DNA of 64,000 bases, from assembly GCA_001001285.1 (NCBI GenBank), contig LCKG01000001.1, positions 39,223 through 103,222 of the forward strand, read 5' to 3'. Position 1 is the first letter of the stretch. Each line of letters begins with the position of its first letter. Below the pieces are notes generated by a model. The model saw nothing but the letters and a program-made list of their open reading frames with translations, had not been told where the DNA came from and did no database searches. Of this stretch, positions 1 through 9,939 are shown in pieces. The DNA is from Parcubacteria group bacterium GW2011_GWC1_45_13. GTDB lineage: Bacteria > Patescibacteriota > Minisyncoccia > UBA11713 > 2-01-FULL-45-33. Made by a program: the position numbers and the translations under genes.

Positions 1-513
1 AATAAAACAAAATTGCTCAAAGACGCGCTTATAGCATGGCTCAAAGAACATTCCGAGCTCGCCAGATTAACAGAGAAATACGCTTTGCGGTCGGGAGAGA
101 TTCGCCGCAGTATGCCCATTGATAAAATGATTGAGGTGGGAACAGTTTTATTTAAAAACCACCTCAAAATTCTTCACGCGGTATGCCGCGCCTACAACGC
201 GCGGCATTTGCAATTCCTGCAACCGTACTTGTATAGAAAAAAAATACTTGCCCCGGAAGAGCAGAAAATAATACATCTCTATGATGATTTAAGGCCTGCA
301 CACAGAGGAAAAAAGACTGGAGATTTTCTGCGCAGCCATAATATCTATTCTTCCATGCTCGGCGAAATACAAAATAGTCCCGATTTGTTCGGCCAAACTC
401 ATGATCTCTGCGACCTATTCATGGAAGAGCGGGACGCAAGATTTTATACCCTTGTGCATCTTAATGACGCCGGCTACAATGAAGTGGCCAGAAAAATACA
501 CAATTTTTTATGA
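1..513 (+). CDS. SGNH/GDSL-hydrolase-like protein, C-terminal part (5' end outside window)
   Basis: Frame is open from base 1; LQP motif and C-terminal 'FYTLVHLNDAGYNEVARKI' resemble the SGNH block-V His motif. Confidence 0.55.
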   Translation, partial: NKTKLLKDALIAWLKEHSELARLTEKYALRSGEIRRSMPIDKMIEVGTVLFKNHLKILHAVCRAYNARHLQFLQPYLYRKKILAPEEQKIIHLYDDLRPAHRGKKTGDFLRSHNIYSSMLGEIQNSPDLFGQTHDLCDLFMEERDARFYTLVHLNDAGYNEVARKIHNFL

Positions 514-620
514 AACGCCTTATCATTTTCTTATTAAAACTGCTGAAAAAAATCTTTAAGGGCCCGAAAAAAGAACAATACGTCCGCGGAAGAAGCGACG
601 AAATTTATCCTTTGTATTAA
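510..620 (+). CDS. Small 36-aa protein MKRLIIFLLKLLKKIFKGPKKEQYVRGRSDEIYPLY (not in ORF track)
   Basis: ATG overlaps upstream TGA (ATGA, 510-513); TAA 618-620 overlaps the convergent gene's stop; fills the gap exactly. Confidence 0.6.
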   Translation: MKRLIIFLLKLLKKIFKGPKKEQYVRGRSDEIYPLY

Positions 621-2353
621 ATTACCCTGTATAAATAAATGTTGCCGGACGATGCGGCGCCCTGAAGCCCTTGCACAAAATTCAAATTCCACTCCGGATA
701 AAGATTTTTGTCCCAAATTATGTAATTTACTCCGTATTTTTTTAAAAGTCCGTTCATGGCGCTGTTGTTTGCCAATTTGGAGTAGTTCGCCGAAAGTTCT
801 GCGATTAATTTATCTCTTAAGGGCCCGATGATTGTTTTATCATTAACCGCCTTGCCGGTATAGTCATAATAATCCAGCCCCGACTTAAAACCCTCAATGT
901 GCCGGTAAAGCCCCTCATACAAAGAGACGCTGTTTGTATTTTCTATTTCGCGGCGCAGATAGCCGGAAAAATCTCCACGCGCGTCTTTGTTTATGTACAT
1001 ATACGCGTATAGCGCATCGCTGAAGCGGCTGAACGGCGTTACACTCGCAACCGCCGTCGGGTGCCAAAACAAATCATGGTTTGTATAAATTGTAACCAAA
1101 TAAGCCAGATAGTCGTTATCCGCAAAAACGACCCCCGGATTTGGGTCTTTTTGCAATTCCGCAATTATGGGCCGGTAGAGCTGTTCGTATTCTTTTCCCG
1201 GCAAAGACGTAAAAAAGGACCTATACTGCCCAAGTGCGCCGTGCAAAAACACAGCGGCCAGCACAAACGCAAACAGCCATTTGCGCCACGCGAAATTATC
1301 CAGCAGTTTCCATAGCATATACAAACCGGCAAGAATGGAAACCGGAACAATGAAATACCAGTAGTAATGCCCAATCTCCACAACCCTGCCGGTAATTATT
1401 TGCTGGTTTAAAGAAATCCAGCCGGCCAAAATTAATCCGAAAATCAGGATAACGTTGGGATCGTTTCTTTTTTTATAAAAAAAGAATAACAGCAACGCCA
1501 GCGTAGCCGCGCCAATCTTGCTAAAAATCGGCCCATAAGTCTGGCTAGACCAGCTGAAGTAATAAATCTGCCGGCTAAAATCGGAATTAAACAGCGTCCA
1601 CATCCGCATTAAGTTGTAAAATCCCAGAAGAAGCCCGATGCCGGAAATAAATATTATTGAACGGGCAAAAACCCAATCGCGCTTCCAAAAATAAATTAAA
1701 AACAGCGCGCCGTTTAAAGCCAGCGCAAAAGTCCAAGCAAAAACATAAATATAAAACAAGAGACCCAAAAAAGTCGCGGAAAGCGCTTTATACGCAAATC
1801 TTTGCGTTTTCAGCCAAAGCGCCAGAAAGTTCAGATAAGCAAAAAACGCCAGCGAACTTATATAGGGATACATTGGTCGCCCGTATATATTAAAGTCGTT
1901 ATAAAAAAATTGCCGGTAGACAATGTGGTAGCCTCCGATCGCAAATACTGCCGCAACAGCGGACAAAAGCTTGTTGCCGGAAAGTTGCCAAACAAAAAAA
2001 TAAGCAAGTAAAATCAAAATAAAAACTCCGATAAAATTATAGATGTTATACAGAATTACAACGTTGATTCTATCAGCAAGCCCCAGAAATCTTATCGGCG
2101 CGGTAAGAACCCGCTCGTTATACATAAAAAAAGCATCCTGCTCGTTTTTGCCCTCCCGCAAAAACACATTGCCGAGCTTGCGCCCCTCCAAGGCCTCTTT
2201 GGCACGGCTTAAATAAAAGTGGGAGTCGGTGCTGAAATGCGGGATATTGATGCCCTGATAATTCTTTGAAACAAATGGGAACACCAAAAGCGGCGCCTCA
2301 ATTAAAAGCGTCAACAGAAGCCCCAAGATAATAATCAAGCTGTGTTCACGCAT
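617..2353 (-). CDS. Polytopic membrane protein, GT-C/STT3-like glycosyltransferase
   Basis: Many TM segments; N-terminal loop 'DSHFY'; C-terminal 'KKYGVNYIIWD' typical of GT-C soluble tail. Confidence 0.6.
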   Translation of the reverse strand: MREHSLIIILGLLLTLLIEAPLLVFPFVSKNYQGINIPHFSTDSHFYLSRAKEALEGRKLGNVFLREGKNEQDAFFMYNERVLTAPIRFLGLADRINVVILYNIYNFIGVFILILLAYFFVWQLSGNKLLSAVAAVFAIGGYHIVYRQFFYNDFNIYGRPMYPYISSLAFFAYLNFLALWLKTQRFAYKALSATFLGLLFYIYVFAWTFALALNGALFLIYFWKRDWVFARSIIFISGIGLLLGFYNLMRMWTLFNSDFSRQIYYFSWSSQTYGPIFSKIGAATLALLLFFFYKKRNDPNVILIFGLILAGWISLNQQIITGRVVEIGHYYWYFIVPVSILAGLYMLWKLLDNFAWRKWLFAFVLAAVFLHGALGQYRSFFTSLPGKEYEQLYRPIIAELQKDPNPGVVFADNDYLAYLVTIYTNHDLFWHPTAVASVTPFSRFSDALYAYMYINKDARGDFSGYLRREIENTNSVSLYEGLYRHIEGFKSGLDYYDYTGKAVNDKTIIGPLRDKLIAELSANYSKLANNSAMNGLLKKYGVNYIIWDKNLYPEWNLNFVQGLQGAASSGNIYLYRVI

Positions 2354-3419
2354 TTAAAATTTTGGCTATCTGCGCTACTTCTTCCTTTTTCAAAAATGGA
2401 TGCATTGGAAGAGAAAAAATTTCTTTGGAGTGTTTTTCTGCGTTAGCAAATCTGCCCTTATAGTTAAAAATCGGCTGATTGTGGAGCAGGAGAGGATAAT
2501 GAATTAATGTTTGAATATTCTTCTTTTTCAGCACTTTCATTAGAGAGTCGCGGTTTTTTGCGCGCGCGACAAATAAATGATAGACATGTTCGTTTTCATT
2601 ATTTACTTTCGGCAAAATAATGTTTTTATTTGAAATCAATTTCCCGTATAATTTAGCGGTGTTTTTTCGCTTTTGATTCCATTTATCTAGATATTTCAAT
2701 TTAACGCTTAAAATTGCCGCTTGTTTTTCATCTAAACGGCTGTTGATGCCGAACATCGCGCTGGTTACCCGGTCGTGTGCTCCATAAAAACGCAGGGCGC
2801 GCAATTTTTTATAATGGCCTTCGCTATTTGTTGTTACGGCTCCTCCGTCGCCGTAAGCGCCCAGATTTTTTGTCGGATAAAAACTAAAACAGCTGAAATC
2901 CCCCCAGCCGCCGACTTTTTTGCCGTTCCAAACAGCCCCGTGGGCCTGCGCGCAGTCTTCTATTAAAAAGAGCTTGTGCGCTTTCGCAAGAGCCCTTAGC
3001 TTTTCCATATCGCAAGCCCGCCCATAAAGATGCACGGGCATTATCGCTTTTGTCCTTTTATTTATAAGCGCGGGGATTTTATTTATATCTATCAAAAAAT
3101 TTTCATCGGAGTCGCAAAAAACCGGTTTTGCCCCGCTCATTTTAACCGCCATAGCGGTCGCCAAAGCGGTGTTTACCGGAACGATTACCTCGTCTCCCCG
3201 GCCGATGTCCAAAGCAAGCAAACTCAAATAAAGAGCGTCCGTGCCGGAAGCGACGCCCACGGCATATTTTACGCCGCAATACTTCGCGAAATTTTTCTCA
3301 AAATTTTCAACCTCCGGGCCCAAAACAAAAACTCCGCGCCTCAAAACTCTGTTGATAGCAGAATCAATTTCTTTTTTTATTGACTTATATTCCCTAATAA
3401 AATCTACGATTTGAATCAT
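2346..3419 (-). CDS. DegT/DnrJ/EryC1/StrS sugar aminotransferase (FdtB-like); start moved to MIQIVDF
   Basis: SGTDAL, EDCAQAHG, SFYPTKNLGAYGDGG PLP-lysine motif. Confidence 0.9.
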   Translation of the reverse strand: MIQIVDFIREYKSIKKEIDSAINRVLRRGVFVLGPEVENFEKNFAKYCGVKYAVGVASGTDALYLSLLALDIGRGDEVIVPVNTALATAMAVKMSGAKPVFCDSDENFLIDINKIPALINKRTKAIMPVHLYGRACDMEKLRALAKAHKLFLIEDCAQAHGAVWNGKKVGGWGDFSCFSFYPTKNLGAYGDGGAVTTNSEGHYKKLRALRFYGAHDRVTSAMFGINSRLDEKQAAILSVKLKYLDKWNQKRKNTAKLYGKLISNKNIILPKVNNENEHVYHLFVARAKNRDSLMKVLKKKNIQTLIHYPLLLHNQPIFNYKGRFANAEKHSKEIFSLPMHPFLKKEEVAQIAKILNA

Positions 3420-3420
3420 G

Positions 3421-3895
3421 TTATGAATTTTTAAAATTGAGTAAATACACATCGCACATAAACCATATAGCCAATTCTTCGCTCGGCGGAAGTTTAGTTC
3501 CGCTAAGAGCGTTTTAACATTGCCGAGATATTTGGCTATATTGTTTAAGACGCCCTGCCTGCTGATGCCACAACTAATTCTGCTTTGGGATTGCATTTAT
3601 AAAGTTCTTCCAAAAAATTCTCAAGCTCTTTTTTAGAAAAAAGATAAAAAACTTCGTTGGCCACCATTGCATCAAATTTAACTTTTCTCCAGTCCGCTAC
3701 ATCGCTCAAATCGGGCAGAATGTCATAACCCACAACATTATTTGGCAAAAGTTTTTTTAGTTCGCCCTTTCCGCAGCCGAAATCCAGCACGCGCTTATTT
3801 TTTAAGCCGCCGATTTTTATTATTGCCTTTAAAATTCTGCGGAAATATATCCCTTTCAGGCCAGCGTAATAATCCTCATGAAAATCTTTTGCCAT
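3421..3895 (-). pseudogene. Class I SAM methyltransferase, probably frameshifted
   Basis: VLDFGCGKG motif; ORF stops after 116 aa, while protein-like sequence continues in other frames (GISRQGVLNNIAKYL; SGTKLPPSEELAI..DVYLLNF*) up to the next gene. Confidence 0.55.
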
Positions 3896-3896
3896 T

Positions 3897-4286
3897 TTAT
3901 ATTAGCTTAGAAAACTCATCATAATTCCTGATATAATCGTCCTCGTTATAATAATCGCTGGCGACTACCAATGTAACACAATCTTTAGAAAATTTACTCA
4001 TTGAATGCCAAACTTTTTTCCTAAGTAAAACGCCCTTGGCGGGGTTATTCATAAAAATGCTCCATTTTTTGCGCCCGTCATCCATAGAGAGTTCAAAAGA
4101 GCCATTTAAGCAAAAAATGGCCTGCTCTAATTTTTTATGTGCGTGCATTCCGCGCACGACCTTTGGACTTACGACATTGCTGATAATGTAGAATCTCTTT
4201 ATGGCAAATGGTATTTGTTTTCGCGCTTCGCCAACATATAAATTCCCTCTACCGTCTTTTTTGAAAATAAGTTTAGTATTCCACAC
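3897..4286 (-). CDS. FdtA/QdtA/WxcM-like cupin, dTDP-4-keto-6-deoxyhexose 3,4-ketoisomerase
   Basis: DGRGNL, RGMHAHK, YNEDDYIRNYDEF motifs. Confidence 0.9.
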   Translation of the reverse strand: MWNTKLIFKKDGRGNLYVGEARKQIPFAIKRFYIISNVVSPKVVRGMHAHKKLEQAIFCLNGSFELSMDDGRKKWSIFMNNPAKGVLLRKKVWHSMSKFSKDCVTLVVASDYYNEDDYIRNYDEFSKLI

Positions 4287-4947
4287 TATGCTCGCCGGTT
4301 ATAATTTCAACATTACTAATCAAAGGATTATTTTTTAATATTTTTACTACTTCGGAAGATTGGAGAACATCCTTTAATTTAATGGAAAAACTATAACTAT
4401 TGATATCCACGCCGTGCGTCCGCACTTGCAATAAATTCAGAGAATCCAAATATTCAGATAGGGACTGGTTTACCGCCTCAACATTAAATTCATTTTTGGC
4501 GTTAAAAGTAAGTATTAAACCAACGCCGCTCGTCATGCTGCCGACATTAAATCGATTAAGCGCCAGAAGAATCAATGAAACCATAAACGTAGAGATTAAC
4601 GCTATGGAATAATTTCCGGTACCAATGGCAATACCGACAACCAGCGCAAAAAATACAAAAGCTATGTCTCTCGTTTCTTTTAAGATAGTCCGGAAACGAA
4701 TCAGGGAAAAGGCTCCGAGCAGCGCGAAGGCGCCAATCAGATTATTTCGCACAATCATCATAATTACCGTGCCCAAAACCCCCACCATTACCGTAGTAGA
4801 TATAAAAGACGACGAATACGAAAGGCCTTTATGGGTTTTTTTGTACACCGCCGCTATCGCTATTTGCAATAAAAAAGAAAAGATTATATTCAGCGCTATA
4901 ACGGCTGGACTAATCTCGACCGAAGCAATGCCAAATAAATTATTCAT
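4273..4947 (-). CDS. DUF4956-family membrane protein
   Basis: GAFSLIRFRT..KETRDIAFVF motif; adjacent to VTC gene. Confidence 0.85.
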   Translation of the reverse strand: MNNLFGIASVEISPAVIALNIIFSFLLQIAIAAVYKKTHKGLSYSSSFISTTVMVGVLGTVIMMIVRNNLIGAFALLGAFSLIRFRTILKETRDIAFVFFALVVGIAIGTGNYSIALISTFMVSLILLALNRFNVGSMTSGVGLILTFNAKNEFNVEAVNQSLSEYLDSLNLLQVRTHGVDINSYSFSIKLKDVLQSSEVVKILKNNPLISNVEIITGEHSVEY

Positions 4948-4950
4948 AAA

Positions 4951-5640
4951 TTATCTCATTAGAGGATTACATCTATTAAGTACGTCGACTGATTTTGTAT
5001 ATTTAGAAAATGGCTCGCGGGAAAGATTAAATCTGTAAATCATATCCTTAAACCACCAAGGCATCGCTTTTTGAAACTTAATCTCCATGACGATAGACTC
5101 TTTGCAAACCGGGGCCATATTGATATTATCCACAAAATCATTCCATCTACAAGTCTCTAAATCGCTGTCAACCGTAAGGCGGACTCCTGAAAACAAATTG
5201 TCCTTATAAGCGTCTCTTTTATATCTGACAATTATGTGCGGCTGATAATTTTTTATTAAAGATAAATATAAAAAATCTTTTTGGCAAGAAAAAAGGTCGC
5301 CCTTCTCCAAAAAAATTTTTAATCTGTCTTCGTCAATATTATGCCTTTTTTTATTTGTACTCATGTCACGCTTCTCCTTAATTTCGAGCCACGCTGTTTT
5401 AGCGTCATTAAAAGTCTCGCAATAACTTCTTAGCCGCAGTTTTCTTCTGTATTTATTGCCCGCAAGTTTGTCATAGTAGTCGCTAAGCATTGGGGTATCA
5501 AAGTAAAGGCTCGTAACCACATAGTGGCCGTTGCTTGCGGGGTCGTTCCTGATTCCTATTTTATTAAAATAATTTTTTAAAATGGGTGCTACGGCAGCAT
5601 CAAGAACATATTTAAATTCGAAACGATTGTCATTATTCAT
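4951..5640 (-). CDS. VTC/polyphosphate-polymerase-domain (CYTH-like) protein
   Basis: RFEFKY, SLYFDTP, RRKLRLRSY, LEIKEK, RLTVD, MEIKF, FSKY motifs. Confidence 0.9.
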   Translation of the reverse strand: MNNDNRFEFKYVLDAAVAPILKNYFNKIGIRNDPASNGHYVVTSLYFDTPMLSDYYDKLAGNKYRRKLRLRSYCETFNDAKTAWLEIKEKRDMSTNKKRHNIDEDRLKIFLEKGDLFSCQKDFLYLSLIKNYQPHIIVRYKRDAYKDNLFSGVRLTVDSDLETCRWNDFVDNINMAPVCKESIVMEIKFQKAMPWWFKDMIYRFNLSREPFSKYTKSVDVLNRCNPLMR

Positions 5641-5651
5641 ATATCTGTTGA

Positions 5652-7379
5652 TTATAATTCCAGCGAGTTTAAATTATTAACATGAATTGTAGGATCTAAT
5701 TTTGATCCCGTTACCTCATTGAACATTGTAAATGATGCGTCCGCGCTGTCAACCGCATAAGGAATCTGGGCGACTACAAAAAATCTCTTGCGGGTTACCT
5801 GAAGAATTATAGGGTTACCAGGCCCGTTGCCTGTTCTGTTAGAATAAAGCATTAAATTCAATCCCTGCGCCGACAACACATTATTTTTGTATTCCAAAAC
5901 AGAGTTTTTTTTGTCAGCCGCGTCAAATATATTATTATTATTCGCGTCTTCGTACAATTGAAAAGTGTGCGCCGGATTAAGATTTCGCAAGGATATTTTA
6001 AATCCGTTGAAATTTATCGGACTTGCTCCTTTATAAGTAAAATTGATGGCTATTGCGGCTATGGAAGCCGGCCGCAGTGAAATGCCGACAGACGCCTCCG
6101 CATTGTCCAACTGCTCGCGCAAAAACGCGTAATTGCTCCCAATGGTGGAACGGTCAGCATCTATTTTCGCTTCAGTCCGGGCGTTGCTGTTAAACTTAAC
6201 GGAATCGCTAAAAATGGCCGAATCCACCCTATCCGCAATAGTGTCAAAATGAGCCAAATCGTCAGCAAGATTATCGTCGTTGCCCACATAGGCCCAAAGG
6301 CGCTTGTTGCGCTCAAGCAAAAATTCGGGATTAGCCAAAATGCGCGCGATTAAAGGATTATTATTGAAATCCATCCCATATATTTTTGCCTCGCGCGGCC
6401 TGCCCAAGGTAGCAGCCCAGTCATATAAAAAAACATCCCACGGAATAAAGAAAAATTTTCCTTTTTCGCGGTTGAAAAACAGGCGTATATTATGACGGGC
6501 ATCTTGATGCGTACTGCCGGCAAGCAAGGAATGAATATGCCAGCTATAAAAATTGTCAGCGTCTATGACAGTAAAAATTTTGTTAACAAATTCGTCATTG
6601 GGAGCGTCGTTAATCAAATACAGCAAATATTCCAAGTCGGCGTAATTATTTTCCTCTCCGACAACGCTCACGTACTTTTTCCAGAACGCGGTTGAGGTGA
6701 AAATGGGGTCGAGAACGCCGATTTCTCCGTATAAATTTCCGTTATCAGTTCCGAAATGCCTTTTTAAAAATTCTTTTGTCCATCCTTCTTTTTGCAAATA
6801 TACCATCTCCGGGCCGTCGTTAATTTTTAAAATCACGAATTCTCCTTCTCCGGCGGGCGTTGGAAGGCCCAATTTTTTCGCGCGATACGGGTTTATGAAT
6901 CCATCTTTAAATTCGGGGAGAACTAATTTAATCTCGGGATAGCCGTTAAACAATTTTCCGTCTGTAAATTCTATATTCCACGCTTTTTTCTCAAAAAGCC
7001 AATTCGGATAGGTGTCGCCTCTAGGGCTAACCTTGACGTTTCTTTCCACGCCATCGTAAACCAATTTAGCTGGAACCTTGATTATATCATCTTCGTCTAA
7101 AATCTGGTCGGCGGTATTCGGCAACGCGTCTTTGAGTTTTTGATAATCATTATCTTGTATATACAATTTGTATATTGACAAAGAGTGGGAACGAAAGGAA
7201 TACTTTAAATACGGAATATTCCTTACAGCGTCTATTGTATTTCTGATAGGCCTGGGCAAGCCGGCAATAACTTGCGATCTGGGAATATCGTAAAAATAGG
7301 CATATATGAGAAACGTGGCCAGCACAAAAGCAAATAACGAAATCCCGCCCCAAACGTAAAAAATGATGGACTTTTTCAT
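5652..7379 (-). CDS. CotH-family kinase-like secreted/anchored protein
   Basis: N-terminal TM; VSPRG, KKAWNI, H..HNIRLF, IPWD motifs. Confidence 0.75.
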   Translation of the reverse strand: MKKSIIFYVWGGISLFAFVLATFLIYAYFYDIPRSQVIAGLPRPIRNTIDAVRNIPYLKYSFRSHSLSIYKLYIQDNDYQKLKDALPNTADQILDEDDIIKVPAKLVYDGVERNVKVSPRGDTYPNWLFEKKAWNIEFTDGKLFNGYPEIKLVLPEFKDGFINPYRAKKLGLPTPAGEGEFVILKINDGPEMVYLQKEGWTKEFLKRHFGTDNGNLYGEIGVLDPIFTSTAFWKKYVSVVGEENNYADLEYLLYLINDAPNDEFVNKIFTVIDADNFYSWHIHSLLAGSTHQDARHNIRLFFNREKGKFFFIPWDVFLYDWAATLGRPREAKIYGMDFNNNPLIARILANPEFLLERNKRLWAYVGNDDNLADDLAHFDTIADRVDSAIFSDSVKFNSNARTEAKIDADRSTIGSNYAFLREQLDNAEASVGISLRPASIAAIAINFTYKGASPINFNGFKISLRNLNPAHTFQLYEDANNNNIFDAADKKNSVLEYKNNVLSAQGLNLMLYSNRTGNGPGNPIILQVTRKRFFVVAQIPYAVDSADASFTMFNEVTGSKLDPTIHVNNLNSLEL

Positions 7380-9223
7380 TTGATATTTATGATATTTAAA
7401 ATTGATAATTTATCTTTTTCATATTCAATTCTCACCCCATCCAAAATATTGCCGTCTATGTTGGCAACCCCTCCTCCAAATACAGATTTTTTTTGGTAGG
7501 CGGCAATCCCCACGCGGGAATCCCGTATAATATTTCCGACAATCTCAGCTTCCGAAGAATCTTTTACCGCAACGCCAATATCGCAATTACTTATCAAATT
7601 ATTTTTTATAATCGGCTTGGAACTTTCTCCAACGCTAATTCCTTTGTCCGTGCAGCCGTTTATTTCGTTATTTGTTATTGATACGTCGCTCCAGCTTAGG
7701 TCTATGCCGTCTCCGCCCACGCCGTAACCGTTATTGTAAAACTTGTTGTGAGCCACGACAGTTTCCGGCGGACTCCAATCAATGTCTACGGCGTCTGAAA
7801 AATTATCGCCAAAAAACGAGTTAGTGACGCTCGCTTTCCCGTATTTGATGTTAAGCGCGTCGTCGTCTCCGGCATTTTTAAAAATGGCGTTAGTTATTTC
7901 AACATCGGCATTATGAAACGCAACCATGCCGGTAAACACTATGCCCTTTATCAAATCTCCAGACCCCCCGTTAAATTCTATGTTATTTAGAACGCTTTTG
8001 CTGTCCGCTGTATGAACTACTGCGAAAGACCCCCAGGCTTCATAGGGCGAAACTCGAAGGAAGCGGATTGGCGCTCCGTAACCAGTGTCCGCAATTATCG
8101 GGCTGTAAGAAACAATAGAAATTCCTTTTTTAAGATAAATGACCGTTCCCGGGTCTATAATTACCCGCAAATAAGGCGGGATAATAATGTCATTTGCTAT
8201 GACCTGAACGCCGGAAAGCGCCACGGTGTTTTCTCCCCGCCAAGCGAACATAGAATTTTGAGCTACAAACTCGCGCGCGCCGGAACTTAACGAAGCGGCG
8301 TCTTTCTGCTCCGCGCTGTGTTGACCGGCGGGCCGCGATATCAATTCAGCTGCAGAAAAATTATCCGCTATCGTCCGCCGAGCATCTTTAACTTGCTTTA
8401 AAAAAATAAAATTATTTTGTTCTTTTCCAAAATCGCTCAAGAACGCGCCTCTTGTTTCCTTATAAAGAGAGTCGTAAAACCGCAAATCGTTACCGGCTTG
8501 CTCTTGTATATATTCTCTTAAGATTTGATTGCGCTTTTCTCTGAATTCCGTTATTGAAAAAATTCTCTTTGCCAAAATTGACTTTTCCGAATAATCATCT
8601 TGAAAGCGGCGGAGGCTCATATCAGCGAACACCATCTCTAATTTACCGGTGGCAGTATTGAAAATCATTTCCGTAGTTTCAAAATCTTCCCCGGCATACC
8701 CGGACAAAATAGCCAGCGCACTCCATTTATAAAACTTATCCAAATTTATCAGTAATCCTATGGCCGTTTTAAATGCTTCGTCATCCGCGCCGGCAACTGC
8801 TTTCATTAAAGCCGCGAATTTTTCCGGGTGATCGGTAATGCGCGCGATCTCGGCATTATCTGGCACCCTTTCCCCCCGTTTAATTGTTGAAGTCCAAGAA
8901 TCCGACACAAGAAAAATTCCGCGATCCGACCCGTCAACAAATATTTTCATGAAACGCGCCCCCGGCGTTAAAAGGCCCAACTTTTGAGCCCGGTATCTGT
9001 TTAGAAGGCCGAAATAATAACTTTGTTCTGACGGCGAACTCAAGATTTTGTCGACATTTCCGCGTGAGGAATCAATGCGCAATTCCGGCAAGCTGTCATT
9101 AGGGAATAAAAGATAAGGGAAAAAGAAGACATCCGGAAGCTTGCTTAATGAACGATAAAAAGGCGAGAGAGCAAACAATAGCGCACCAAACAGCAGCAAC
9201 AAAATAAGTTTATTTCTCTTCAT
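7376..9223 (-). CDS. Degenerate CotH-like domain fused to right-handed beta-helix
   Basis: RAQKLGLLTP shared with 5652 protein; C-terminal DDALN/DAVDID/DGIDLS/DKGISVGE repeats. Confidence 0.7.
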   Translation of the reverse strand: MKRNKLILLLLFGALLFALSPFYRSLSKLPDVFFFPYLLFPNDSLPELRIDSSRGNVDKILSSPSEQSYYFGLLNRYRAQKLGLLTPGARFMKIFVDGSDRGIFLVSDSWTSTIKRGERVPDNAEIARITDHPEKFAALMKAVAGADDEAFKTAIGLLINLDKFYKWSALAILSGYAGEDFETTEMIFNTATGKLEMVFADMSLRRFQDDYSEKSILAKRIFSITEFREKRNQILREYIQEQAGNDLRFYDSLYKETRGAFLSDFGKEQNNFIFLKQVKDARRTIADNFSAAELISRPAGQHSAEQKDAASLSSGAREFVAQNSMFAWRGENTVALSGVQVIANDIIIPPYLRVIIDPGTVIYLKKGISIVSYSPIIADTGYGAPIRFLRVSPYEAWGSFAVVHTADSKSVLNNIEFNGGSGDLIKGIVFTGMVAFHNADVEITNAIFKNAGDDDALNIKYGKASVTNSFFGDNFSDAVDIDWSPPETVVAHNKFYNNGYGVGGDGIDLSWSDVSITNNEINGCTDKGISVGESSKPIIKNNLISNCDIGVAVKDSSEAEIVGNIIRDSRVGIAAYQKKSVFGGGVANIDGNILDGVRIEYEKDKLSILNIINIK

Positions 9224-9939
9224 TTTTTGTATTTAGTTGAAAACAGCATAAGCTCAACCCACAAAAAAGCCAGGCGCCACAAAGTCAGGAACACGCGCTT
9301 GAAATTGAAAAACTGGGAAGTGCCGTAAATGCGAAAATAGTGCGAAACCCCAACTTCCGCAAAACGAAAACCGGCATTCTGGATTTTTTTTACAAGTTCT
9401 ATGGTGATAGTTCCGGTGTCACTCTTAAGTTCTACGACATCAAATACTTTCCGCCGGATTAAACGAAAATCGCAATCAGGGTCCTTAATCGGCATCCAAA
9501 ATGCCCATCTCATCGCGTGTTGATACAACCAGCCGACAATAACGCGGTGCAAAGGGTCGGCTCTCTTTATTTTATAACCGTTGACAATATCCACATCGTC
9601 CGTCAATTTATTCCACAGCCGCGGCAATTCGCTCACGTCGTATTGCCCGTCGCCGTCGGTATAAAAAACAAGCTCTTTTGTTGCGGCTCCAAATCCGCTT
9701 CGCAGCGCTCCGCCGTATCCTCTGTTTTTTTCATGCAAAACCAATTTAAATTGCGGTATTTCCCCTTTTAATTTCAAATCCATCAGCAAGTCCCTGCTGC
9801 CGTCCGTTGAACCGTCGTCTATCACTATAATTTCAAAATCATTAGTTAATTTTTCCGCCACCCTTTTAGCGTCCAAGACCAAGGTGCCGATAGTACCTTT
9901 GTCGTTGTAGCAAGGGAAAAAAATAGATAAAGATTTCAC
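9220..9939 (-). CDS. GT2 glycosyltransferase (DPM-synthase-like)
   Basis: FFPCYND, DDGSTD, NRGYGGA, YTDGDGQ. Confidence 0.9.
   Translation of the reverse strand: MKSLSIFFPCYNDKGTIGTLVLDAKRVAEKLTNDFEIIVIDDGSTDGSRDLLMDLKLKGEIPQFKLVLHEKNRGYGGALRSGFGAATKELVFYTDGDGQYDVSELPRLWNKLTDDVDIVNGYKIKRADPLHRVIVGWLYQHAMRWAFWMPIKDPDCDFRLIRRKVFDVVELKSDTGTITIELVKKIQNAGFRFAEVGVSHYFRIYGTSQFFNFKRVFLTLWRLAFLWVELMLFSTKYKK

Noticed and set aside
534-716. 60-aa minus-strand ORF overlapping the end of the GT-C gene
   Set aside because: Shadow frame; the plus-strand 510-620 ORF explains the gap better.
2346-3596. 59-aa N-terminal extension of the aminotransferase in the ORF track
   Set aside because: It belongs to the frameshifted methyltransferase; the family start fits MIQIVDF at 3419.
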